A DNA stretch of 39,522 bases from an uncultured archaeon (GCA_964558645.1 CAZLEV010000024.1:1-39522), one strand, 5' to 3'. Shown: positions 27,145 to 35,762, counted from the stretch's first letter. A program made the numbers and translations. Notes: a model not told the origin generated them from the sequence alone.

Positions 27145-27705
27145 ATGGTAGAACTTCCAAGTTATGTGGTAAAGACAAGGGAACTACTCAATCTACGCGG
27201 CTACAGAGTAGAAGAATTGAATGAATACGAAGACCGCTACGAGATGATCCCTGACCGCCAGCTAGGCGAGTACACTATCAGGATGCTGGTCTGGATTTTC
27301 AAGGAACAGAAGGTAATCGGCGTCGCTTATGTGAAAGACCTCGTCAGGGATATGGAGGAATACGAGGCATTCCAAGGCATGATTGTGGGCGGCAGTCGAT
27401 TCACTCCGGCGGCGAAGAAGCATGCTCGTGCAAATCGTGTTGAACTGGTAGAGGGCAATTACGCATCTTTTGACCTCTTCGACCATCAGCTGGTTCCAAA
27501 GCATACTGTGGCAAGCCCTGAAGAGGTAGACTTAGTCTTGGAGCACTACGGCATCGATAGGCCACAGCTCCCCCGGATTCTCAGAGATGATCCCGCTGTG
27601 AAAGTGCTGGGCGCGCGACCCGGACAAGTTGTGAGAATTGAGCGAGACAGCCCGACGGCCGGTCGAACCTACTACTATCGTCTTGTTGTTGACGCCAATC
27701 GTTAG
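27145..27705 (+). CDS. rpoH: DNA-directed RNA polymerase subunit H/Rpo5 with an RPB5-like N-terminal domain
   Basis: C-terminal HQLVPKH...QLPRI...DPAV..LGARPGQVVRIERDSPTAG...YYRLVV plus ~110 extra N-terminal aa; TTTATA at ~27092; SD GAGGAG. Confidence 0.93.
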   Translation: MVELPSYVVKTRELLNLRGYRVEELNEYEDRYEMIPDRQLGEYTIRMLVWIFKEQKVIGVAYVKDLVRDMEEYEAFQGMIVGGSRFTPAAKKHARANRVELVEGNYASFDLFDHQLVPKHTVASPEEVDLVLEHYGIDRPQLPRILRDDPAVKVLGARPGQVVRIERDSPTAGRTYYYRLVVDANR

Positions 27706-27708
27706 GCT

Positions 27709-28512
27709 CTATGTCTGGATAACTCCAAGCAAGAGGCCCGTAAGAAACATAATCGCCGTTGCGATCAGTGGCACTGTTATGTTGTCGGTTCCTTTGGGGC
27801 TGACAAGTTCAATGAGAGTGGCCGAACCTGCTCCAATGAGTGCCATTACTATCATCTCCAAGAGAAGTATCTGTCCACCGCTTACGAAGACCCCGTAGTT
27901 CTGGATACCGAAGAACCAGAATGCAATCATCGCACCAAGAAACCCGAATGCGAAGAGTGCTACGCACCCATGAAGCGACCTGTTTGAGCCGCTAATCACG
28001 CGCGTATGGTTTATACCGAATCTCATACCAACTGGTGCAGACATTCCATCTCCGAGCATCATGATGTGGATTCCTGCGGCTCCGAGAAAATACAGGCTCT
28101 CATTTCCAGTCAGCGTGAAGAATCCTGTGAGGATGGTGATGCTCACCGCGTACCAGAAGGGTCCTCTCACGCTGCCGTGTTCGAGATCTTCAGGTCGTGC
28201 CATGGCCGAGAAGAATCTCTCGAATCTCTCCGCACTGGCAAGCCAGAGGAAGACGACAAAAGTCAAGGCAACCAGGGTTGCGACCCAAGCATGGGTATAG
28301 TATGGAGTGGTCCATATAGCTGCTCCCGCAAAAAGGTGGATCACCTTCCTTGTGAAATCGGGACCCAGGTTCAACTTCCTCCGGAGGACATCGCCAGTTG
28401 TGAGGACTATCACCACATAGATCAGCGCGATGAAGTACACAATGATATCATTTAAATCAATCATGAGCTCGATTTGCACCGGAGTACCTCTCCTGGTGTC
28501 ATCCGCACTCAC
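27709..28512 (-). CDS. SEC59/DGK1/VTE5 family CTP-dependent polyprenol/diacylglycerol kinase
   Basis: TRKVIHLFAG, GPFWYA, GDGMSAPVG..FG, RSLHG, E..SPKGTDNITVP. Confidence 0.88.
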   Translation of the reverse strand: MSADDTRRGTPVQIELMIDLNDIIVYFIALIYVVIVLTTGDVLRRKLNLGPDFTRKVIHLFAGAAIWTTPYYTHAWVATLVALTFVVFLWLASAERFERFFSAMARPEDLEHGSVRGPFWYAVSITILTGFFTLTGNESLYFLGAAGIHIMMLGDGMSAPVGMRFGINHTRVISGSNRSLHGCVALFAFGFLGAMIAFWFFGIQNYGVFVSGGQILLLEMIVMALIGAGSATLIELVSPKGTDNITVPLIATAIMFLTGLLLGVIQT

Positions 28513-28606
28513 TACTACTGCATATACTTATCGGCGCTTACGTTTCTTCAGCTCGACAACTAGCTAAGTTCTGAGTCTGGTCTTGTCTTACTACTGGAGG
28601 GACCCT

Positions 28607-29419
28607 CTAGTGTTCGCTCTCGGGTTCTGCATGAAGCCCTGAAACATCCTCCAGTTCAGCAATCGCCTCATCTATTCTTCGTGCAAGCTGGTTCTTGTCT
28701 TCTCCTCTGGCTGAGATCCATACCCTGAGAACATCAGAGGAACCATAGGTCTTGGGCATCGACTTGATGTATATGTGGGGGTGGGTGTCCATCACTGCAT
28801 CAATAAACGGGGCAAAGACTGTTTCATCTTTGATAGGGAATTCTACTACCTGCTCCATGAGCTGTCCACCCAGATGTTCTCGTATCCACGGAGAAACCGA
28901 ATCCTCAAAGATGAACTTCATCTCACTTGGTACTCCGGGTAGAGCGAAAAGCGATATGCTCTCCCTCTTGACGAACACTCCAGGGGCTCCGCCAACTCTA
29001 TTATCTAGTGGACTTGAGCCTTCCGGTATTCTTGCCATCTTTGCCCGCTTCTCTGTATATTCGGGAGAGTCCACTATGCCCTTCTCGTACAGCTCTCGAT
29101 ACTGCCTCTTCACGATTTCAGCGGCAGCTGCATCCTCTTGAGTATTCACGTCGAAGTAGTCCGCAATCGCTTCCAAGGTCTTGTCATCATGGGTTGGGCC
29201 GAGTCCACCTGTTGTTATGACTAGATTGCAGCATGATAGCAAGAAATCCAGCCCTTGTGCAATCTCGGACTTGTCATCTCGTACTGTGGCATGTCGAATT
29301 ATCTCAACGCCCATGATCCTTAGTCGAGATTCTAACCAGTGCGAATTCGTGTCAAGAACTATCCCTTCTAGAACCTCATTGCCAACTGTCAGAATTCCCG
29401 CGTTCATCCTTTCAGCCAT
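28607..29419 (-). CDS. CinA N-terminal / molybdopterin-binding domain protein
   Basis: GNEVLEG..LDTNS, TTGGLGPTHDD.T, GGAPG, LPGVPSEM. Confidence 0.9.
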   Translation of the reverse strand: MAERMNAGILTVGNEVLEGIVLDTNSHWLESRLRIMGVEIIRHATVRDDKSEIAQGLDFLLSCCNLVITTGGLGPTHDDKTLEAIADYFDVNTQEDAAAAEIVKRQYRELYEKGIVDSPEYTEKRAKMARIPEGSSPLDNRVGGAPGVFVKRESISLFALPGVPSEMKFIFEDSVSPWIREHLGGQLMEQVVEFPIKDETVFAPFIDAVMDTHPHIYIKSMPKTYGSSDVLRVWISARGEDKNQLARRIDEAIAELEDVSGLHAEPESEH

Positions 29420-30107
29420 CTTTGTCTCCCTCACCTCTTCCCAGTTCTCGCTGTAAATCATGTATGAATCCTCTCAGTGTTTCGAGTCTCTCAGATGCGA
29501 GCCTTCGGCCAATCTCGGTGTTCATGCTCTCTGCTATTCTCTCTGCCAAAGGAAGAAACTCTTCAAACGCATTGCAGAAATCGTGCGATGACTGACCGGG
29601 TTCAAGGATGAGGCTGTTGAGAGTGTAATGAATAATCCCGATGGCTCCCAGTTTGACCAGTTTGTCAGCATCCCATAGTGCCCTTGCCTCTGCAGTGTCA
29701 AGGGGGCGATCGAGAGTCAGTCCCACGTGCTTTGTGATTGTATCCTGCACAAGCCCAATCTTCTCCATAGGGACTTGGTGTTCGTCCAAGATCTGGGCGG
29801 CAATCTCCGCGCTCTTCTCACCGTGCTTTCCTCTTGAGTTTAGGCCTGGTTTAGAGATATCGTGCAGCCATGCTGAGAGTGTGAGTACTTGAGAGTCCAC
29901 CCCCTCAGACTCCCCAATTCTTCTTGCAAGATCCACTACACGGCGGACGTGGTCCAGCCTGTAGTTGAAGGGAGCTTCCTTGCCGGCTGTCACAGCCATC
30001 TCCCAGTTCTCTCTGGCAGCGTCGGAAGTCTTCTTCTGGACATAGTCTTCTATCGTTCTCTCAAGTTCACTCAATTCGAACACCTTGTTTGTTGAGTGCC
30101 TTGGCAC
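29412..30107 (-). CDS. HD-domain phosphohydrolase
   Basis: DHVRRV, AWLHDI, HGEKSA, TITKH, LWDADKL. Confidence 0.9.
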   Translation of the reverse strand: MPRHSTNKVFELSELERTIEDYVQKKTSDAARENWEMAVTAGKEAPFNYRLDHVRRVVDLARRIGESEGVDSQVLTLSAWLHDISKPGLNSRGKHGEKSAEIAAQILDEHQVPMEKIGLVQDTITKHVGLTLDRPLDTAEARALWDADKLVKLGAIGIIHYTLNSLILEPGQSSHDFCNAFEEFLPLAERIAESMNTEIGRRLASERLETLRGFIHDLQRELGRGEGDKDG

Positions 30108-30203
30108 GTCCTTATGACGAAGACGACACCAATTTGGTGGGCACGGTACTGGTATTGGGCATCAGAGATATGTCTTTCCCGAGGACATTAACAGTAGAGC
30201 GTT

Positions 30204-31775
30204 CTATATGAGACCCGCTTTTTGGGCGAACTTCCGATATCCCTTCATGAGCAGTTTGACTATATTCAGCCTCAGGTTGAACTTGATCCACCTATCATCG
30301 GTTGGCTCCTTGAAGAACTTGCCAAACTGAGCGGCATAATCATCCTCTTTCTCGAAGGTTATCAGGTCTCTAACAGCCCCCTCAGAGAATGTCAGCTCGA
30401 CGTCTGGGTTCTCTGCTCTTCTAGGAACTACATCAACTGACTTCTTTCCCGTCACAAGGACATGGAATCTCTCATCTCCGATGATATAGTCGATGACAGC
30501 CCCTTTCTTGAGACCATCGAAGATCTTCGGATGTTGGGACAGGTATTCCATGAACTGCCGCTTGAGCTCGCTTCCTTCAGCTCTTCTTCCTTTCTTTCCA
30601 GTTACGAGATACGGGAGCACAAATGTCGGTAGGTCAACCACCGGCATATTGCTGCCTCTGTGCTTCGCACCATCCTCAAGGCCTCGATGACAGAACGGAC
30701 AGGCCGTGACCAGAATCTCTGCACCACTCTTTTCAGCCTCCTCAATCCTATTAGCTGCGATCTCATCCGCCATCTCACCGTAGCTGCTCTTCACGCCGCC
30801 ACCCGATCCGCAACAATGAGCATACCGCTTGTTGGTTTCCATCTCTACGAGCTCGACGTTTTCAACGGCCTCAATAACCCTGCGCGGGGCCTCGTAGACC
30901 TCCGCATGTCGTCCAAGATGACAGGGATCATGGTATGTCACCTTAATGGTTTCAGGCGCCTCGAAGGAAGCTCTGTCCTCCTGAATCAGTCGGTCTAGGT
31001 ACTCTGTGATGTGCAGGATTTCGAATGGATACTTGTATCCCTGCTCCGGAACGTCGACCTTCCACGTTCGGAAGCAACCTGCACACGCCGTCACCACCGT
31101 TTTAGCACCTGTCGCTTTAATGGCGTCGATATTATGCTTCGTCAGATCTCCAAAGGTCTTGGTACGCCCGAGTCGCAGAAGGACTGAACCGCAGCATCGC
31201 TCGTCCTTGAGAACCGTATAGTCGGCTCCTATCTTGTCGAGTAGCTCAACGGTTGTCTTTGCTATTTCTTTCTCGCGATAGGCACTGGTACAGCCCACGA
31301 AGTAGACAACTGATGCCTTCTCGGGCCAATCCCGATCACCAAAGAGGTCTAGCCGAGTATCTCTTGATTCCTTGTAGGGGTTGGCCTCATTGATGATGGA
31401 GTCTTCAATCACCACATGCTTTTCCATCCCGAAGCCATTCTGGACGAGATCCTTGCGCAAGGCCTCCGTCATATCGGGAAGATGAATTCCATCTGCTGTT
31501 GCTGTACAGGTTTCTTGACACGACTTGCAGGTGGTGCAGGTATAGAGCCAGTCCACGATGGCGTGATTGACCTCTAGGCTCCCATCTAGCAAATCATTCA
31601 TGACCATGACCCGTCCTCGAGCGGAATATGTCTCAAACCCAAGTACGTTCTTGACGGCACAGGGATGGTATATATTTCGGTCCGAGGCAACTGTCTTGTC
31701 GGCAAGGGCACAATCGCCACATCGTGCACAAAGCCACAAGTCCTCTTCGTACTTCTGCAGATTAACGAACTCCAT
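30204..31775 (-). CDS. (Fe-S)-binding CCG-domain protein (GlcF/GlpC/HdrD-like) with a C-terminal SCP2-like domain
   Basis: CARCGDC, CTTCKSCQETC, ERCCG, TACAGC, YHDPCHLGR, HCCGSGGG, TACPFC; extra ~120-aa C-terminal domain. Confidence 0.88.
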   Translation of the reverse strand: MEFVNLQKYEEDLWLCARCGDCALADKTVASDRNIYHPCAVKNVLGFETYSARGRVMVMNDLLDGSLEVNHAIVDWLYTCTTCKSCQETCTATADGIHLPDMTEALRKDLVQNGFGMEKHVVIEDSIINEANPYKESRDTRLDLFGDRDWPEKASVVYFVGCTSAYREKEIAKTTVELLDKIGADYTVLKDERCCGSVLLRLGRTKTFGDLTKHNIDAIKATGAKTVVTACAGCFRTWKVDVPEQGYKYPFEILHITEYLDRLIQEDRASFEAPETIKVTYHDPCHLGRHAEVYEAPRRVIEAVENVELVEMETNKRYAHCCGSGGGVKSSYGEMADEIAANRIEEAEKSGAEILVTACPFCHRGLEDGAKHRGSNMPVVDLPTFVLPYLVTGKKGRRAEGSELKRQFMEYLSQHPKIFDGLKKGAVIDYIIGDERFHVLVTGKKSVDVVPRRAENPDVELTFSEGAVRDLITFEKEDDYAAQFGKFFKEPTDDRWIKFNLRLNIVKLLMKGYRKFAQKAGLI

Positions 31776-31776
31776 C

Positions 31777-33201
31777 TCATTCAACTCCTTGGAACACATG
31801 AGGACTGAACACGTTGTCAGGATCTAGCGCCTTCTTGATGCTCCTGTACGTAGTCAGGAAGGTTTCATTGGTTCTCTCAAGTGCCCTGTCTTCCCATAAG
31901 AGGCCGTTCCAATATGGGCTCCCGTCAGTTTCAATGATGGCGTCAAGCATTTCGTTCCACATCTTCAGCCCGAGTTCCATCTTCTCTCTATTGGGCGGGA
32001 AGATTGTGATCCATCCGGTCGCATAAGTCCGCTCGGAGCCAAGGCAGCTTGCTATCCACTTGATACCGTTCTTGAGGGCATCGTATTTGTCGAAGATTGC
32101 CCAGAGCTTCTTCATGATCTTGGGAATTGTTGGTATTGGCCGCAGATGGCAGGTATTGAGCCAGAAGCCATTGTTGAATAGCGGTTGCACCAGATTGAAC
32201 ATCTCTCCCCAATGCATCTGTGAGGCGAAGTTTCCCAGGTCCTTTCCTCCGTGTTCCAGTGCCACTTCTCTTATGATTTGCATTTTTCTCTTTGCAAGCT
32301 GCTCATCTGTTTCCTGAACGACCGAGGCAAACATGGACTGAATCTCAGGATGGCTATCCAGGAACCCAGGGAAGAATGTGTCAGTTGACTGCCTGTCCGC
32401 CAACAGGTTAAGCTCCTCCGTAAATCCTAGTTTCTGTACCTCGTGAAATGCTGCTGTAGCGTCCTCGAGGCTCTTGAACCCGAAATCGCCATATGCGAAG
32501 TGTTCTGCTCTTGGGTAGATCTTCAATGTGACCTTTGTCTTCACGCCAAGGGTCCCATGGTCCCCGAGGAAGATACCAGTTAAATCGTTGTAGGTTGAAT
32601 ATCGGCCGAACAGCTTCGCTCCCTCCTTCCAGCCGGTACCTGTCTGCAGAATCTCTCCGTTTGCGAGGACAACCTCGAGAGAAACTACACCCTCGGTTGA
32701 GGGTCCATATTTGGAGGCTGCATATCCGATGCTATTGATGCTAGTTGACCCTCCAACAGTTCCGGCATTTCCTCCATATGGTCCTCGAAAACCCAACTTG
32801 TAGCCCTTCTCGTGGAGCCGATGGATGAGTTCAGCCCATCTCAGACCGGCCTCCACTGTGACTGTCATGACGTCTTCGTCAACCTCAACGACCCTGTCCA
32901 TCTTGACCATGTCGAGCATCACGGCATTCTGAACTCGCGGCAGACAGGCTCCACATATGCCATTTCTGCCCCCTGCAGGCACCAATGCGATACCCCTCTC
33001 TCTGCAGAGGTTCACAATCGCTTGAACCTCCTCAACAGATTCTGGCATCACGACAATGCCGGGCCTCTCAGCAGTGAGATGAGATGCATCCTTGCTATAG
33101 GATGAAATAATCACGGGGTTATCGTTTACTCTCGTATCTCCAACAATCGCGACCAGCTCATTGAAGAGTGGGTGCGTTTCAGTCGATTTCACAGCCGTCA
33201 T
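31777..33201 (-). CDS. FAD-binding oxidoreductase (VAO/PCMH family; GlcD/D-lactate dehydrogenase/alkyl-DHAP synthase-like)
   Basis: VVMPESVEEV, GGRNG, VEAG, TVGG, LEVVLANGE, GDHGTLGV.TKVTLK, IKKALDPDNVFSP. Confidence 0.9.
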   Translation of the reverse strand: MTAVKSTETHPLFNELVAIVGDTRVNDNPVIISSYSKDASHLTAERPGIVVMPESVEEVQAIVNLCRERGIALVPAGGRNGICGACLPRVQNAVMLDMVKMDRVVEVDEDVMTVTVEAGLRWAELIHRLHEKGYKLGFRGPYGGNAGTVGGSTSINSIGYAASKYGPSTEGVVSLEVVLANGEILQTGTGWKEGAKLFGRYSTYNDLTGIFLGDHGTLGVKTKVTLKIYPRAEHFAYGDFGFKSLEDATAAFHEVQKLGFTEELNLLADRQSTDTFFPGFLDSHPEIQSMFASVVQETDEQLAKRKMQIIREVALEHGGKDLGNFASQMHWGEMFNLVQPLFNNGFWLNTCHLRPIPTIPKIMKKLWAIFDKYDALKNGIKWIASCLGSERTYATGWITIFPPNREKMELGLKMWNEMLDAIIETDGSPYWNGLLWEDRALERTNETFLTTYRSIKKALDPDNVFSPHVFQGVE

Positions 33202-33410
33202 CTTGCAGCCTCTATAGTACCTTCTCCCATTCATCTCTGGGGAAACATCGCTGAACTTGTTATGCAACCAGTTCGCTCATCAGAGCCCTTCAATCTCACT
33301 AATGACAGTTACGGAAGGACACCCAAGGTGAAGAAGCTGTTAGAACTTGAAATGCATCCGTTGAGAGAACCCTTTATGTGGCAGACATCATTCTCACACT
33401 CGAGTGCACG

Positions 33411-33893
33411 ATGAGGAAGATCGGAGTCGTCCTGGGTCGAGGCGGCCACACTGCTCAGACGTTTTCTCTAGTTGACTTGCTAGGAGAGAACTTTGCGTAT
33501 ATCTACCTGATTGACCTTCTTGACAGGCTCACTCCGAAGAAGATAAGGATTCCAGGATTAACACTAAGAGTTCTGGCTCCCAGACTTCTTCCAGACGATT
33601 CGAGGATGATGTCAGTCATCCGGACTGTTGCGACCCTTCTGCTCAGTTTCATCTATTTCACGGTGTTTCGTCCGGTTGTCGTGATAAGCTGTGGCACAGG
33701 TCTGACAGTCCCAACTTTCTTTGCTGCACGAGTACTAGGGATAAAGACTGTCTACGTAGAGAGTCTTTCTCGGGTCGAATCACTTTCTATGACGGGCAAG
33801 CTTCTGTTGGGAAAGACGGACCTCTTCTTCGTCCAGTGGCCGGAGCTGGCTTCGGCTATACCTGATGCGCGCTATGGAGGCCAGCTCCTATGA
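33411..33893 (+). CDS. alg14: Alg14-like UDP-GlcNAc transferase subunit
   Basis: VLGRGGHT, SCGTGLTVP, YVESLSRVESLSMTGKLL, FFVQWPEL. Confidence 0.85.
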   Translation: MRKIGVVLGRGGHTAQTFSLVDLLGENFAYIYLIDLLDRLTPKKIRIPGLTLRVLAPRLLPDDSRMMSVIRTVATLLLSFIYFTVFRPVVVISCGTGLTVPTFFAARVLGIKTVYVESLSRVESLSMTGKLLLGKTDLFFVQWPELASAIPDARYGGQLL

Positions 33894-34339
33894 TTTTTGT
33901 AACAGTTGGAACTGCTCACTTCGACCCGCTAATCTCGGAAGTTGATCGATTGGTAGGCTCTGGTGAGATATCTGAGCGCGTCGTGGCCCAGATAGGTCGC
34001 GGGTCGTACATTCCACAATACATTGACTATTTCAGGTTCATTCGCTCACTGGAGCCAGCATACAGCCGAGCATCTGTCATAGTGAGCACTGGTGGTGCAG
34101 GCACCACGATGGAGTGTGTAACTCGAGGACTTCGGCTTGTTGTTGTTGAGAATACTACACTCATGGAGGGTCATCAGGCCCAGCTCATTGGCGAGATGGC
34201 CAGACGTGGTCACCTTCTGTGGTGTAAGGACGTGAAGATGATTGGATCTTGTATTGAGATGGCAATGGCCCGGTCGTTTCGTTCCTTTGAGAGCGATACC
34301 CCCGTCATTCACAAAGATATTCTGCGGCTTCTGTCGTAG
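33890..34339 (+). CDS. alg13: Alg13-like UDP-GlcNAc transferase catalytic subunit (GT28 C-terminal)
   Basis: IFVTVGT..FDPLI, AQIG, GGAGT, VVVENTTLMEGHQ; ATGA overlap with alg14. Confidence 0.85.
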   Translation: MIFVTVGTAHFDPLISEVDRLVGSGEISERVVAQIGRGSYIPQYIDYFRFIRSLEPAYSRASVIVSTGGAGTTMECVTRGLRLVVVENTTLMEGHQAQLIGEMARRGHLLWCKDVKMIGSCIEMAMARSFRSFESDTPVIHKDILRLLS

Positions 34340-34482
34340 GTTCCTTAGTCTAAAACCCATTTCGCGCCAAATGGAACATTCGTTTCGTTGTCTATGCACT
34401 TAATTGCTTCGAATTCATACCCTGACATGCATCCACGTATTATCTTGGTATAGCTGAACTAATGCCTAGGTTTGATGTCTGC

Positions 34483-34488
34483 TTTATA
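34483..34488 (+). promoter_or_regulatory. TATA box upstream of a long structured leader
   Basis: TTTATA about 135 nt before the TTG start at 34624. Confidence 0.5.
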
Positions 34489-34623
34489 TTGGAAGTTTTC
34501 CACTGGAAGTAGAGGTAAGTAATCACCCCGGATGGCATCAGCTTGTCAAACTCACGGCATACTGGTGACAGCACGTCGGGATGGGCCTTGACCTACAAAG
34601 ATAGAAACATGAGATGAGGCAAA

Positions 34624-35382
34624 TTGAGCAAGAGCAAGAAGAAAAAGAGTTCCTCAGCGAGCCGCAAGTTTGTTGAAGGAGTTAGAGGGATTAGTCTGGC
34701 AGTCAAACTCTACAGGATGACTCCACCTGATCTATCAACAACGAAGTTGAAGGCTTTGCTGAAAGAAAACCGCTACACTCCAGGCAAGAAGGATTCTCTC
34801 AATGCGGGCTTTGGCACAGTCAAATCGAAGGGGAAGACGATATCAGCTGAGTTCTTCTCGGATTTCCGGGTACAGGTATTGACGTATAAGTCAGATGGCA
34901 GTCTTGCATCCGAACCCGTCACATCCGTTGACCGTGCTCATGTTCTCATCAAACTTGACAAGAACGTGCTGGAGATTCGAGGTGCTGAAAGGACAGCTCG
35001 GAGGTTCTTGAACAGGTTTGAGGAACTGACTGAAGTCAGCACTGCTCCTCTGAATCTTGATGGCGGTGCGAAGAAGCTCTATGACTCTGCAGCCGAGATA
35101 TCATCTGTTCTTTTCTCAGGACTAGAGAAAGGGAATCTTTCTCAAGTCGAACTGAAAGGCGAAGGTATTCAGACCGAGGACGAGATTGCCCTTTACACTC
35201 GTAGGTACAAGGGCGAGATCAATAGATTCAGGGGAAGTTTCGCTTATCCAAGTGGAGCCTTTCTGACTACCTCGATCAACGCTCAAGCCGGTTCCTTTGT
35301 CGTGTATAAGAGCGGAGATGGTATCCTCGAAAAGGATCTGAGTTGGATTGTAGAGCTCATGGAAGATGCCGCGCTCAAGTAG
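34624..35382 (+). CDS. Hypothetical protein with a Lys/Ser-rich N-terminal tail
   Basis: 252-aa ORF; SD GAGG; MSKSKKKKSSS N-terminus. Confidence 0.75.
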   Translation: MSKSKKKKSSSASRKFVEGVRGISLAVKLYRMTPPDLSTTKLKALLKENRYTPGKKDSLNAGFGTVKSKGKTISAEFFSDFRVQVLTYKSDGSLASEPVTSVDRAHVLIKLDKNVLEIRGAERTARRFLNRFEELTEVSTAPLNLDGGAKKLYDSAAEISSVLFSGLEKGNLSQVELKGEGIQTEDEIALYTRRYKGEINRFRGSFAYPSGAFLTTSINAQAGSFVVYKSGDGILEKDLSWIVELMEDAALK

Positions 35383-35462
35383 GAGAAGTATCCGGAAACG
35401 AGCCCACAGGGCTCTTCCGCTTACTAGGGTCTTGGATGTGATTCCAAGTCCCTTCCTTCTTC

Positions 35463-35762
35463 TTAGTGCATCCAATCCTCCGGTTTCTTCTTCACACCGA
35501 TGATTGTGCGTGTATTGTCGATATACCACCTTGTTTTGTCTCTGAAGAACGGCCAGAACTCAAAGAAGGTTACCGGGTTCTCAGTCTCGACCAACAGCCA
35601 ACCGTTCCATTCAGTTCCCCAAGCATGTGTGTAGTTACCGACAATCTCTAGGTCTTTGGGCCAAGACTCATTCCTGAATTCTGCCCAGAATTCTCTCGCC
35701 TTTTCTGCCTCTTCGGGGGTTAGCAGTTTGAATCTGTAATAAATCACAAAGCCGTATGTCAT
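35463..35762 (-). CDS. Small dimeric alpha+beta barrel protein, paralog of 4650..5012
   Basis: YRFKLLTPEE..WPKDLEIV..AWGTEWNG..IDNTRTIIGVK aligns with YRLRTLSDEE..LPSGLRIV..AFGTPYTG..IEKSLTIIGTK. Confidence 0.75.
   Translation of the reverse strand: MTYGFVIYYRFKLLTPEEAEKAREFWAEFRNESWPKDLEIVGNYTHAWGTEWNGWLLVETENPVTFFEFWPFFRDKTRWYIDNTRTIIGVKKKPEDWMH

Noticed and set aside
30204-33201. Selenocysteine read-through or heterodisulfide reductase operon
   Set aside because: No in-frame TGA at Cys positions and no hdrA/B/C; the pairing with an FAD oxidase fits the GlcD/GlcF type.
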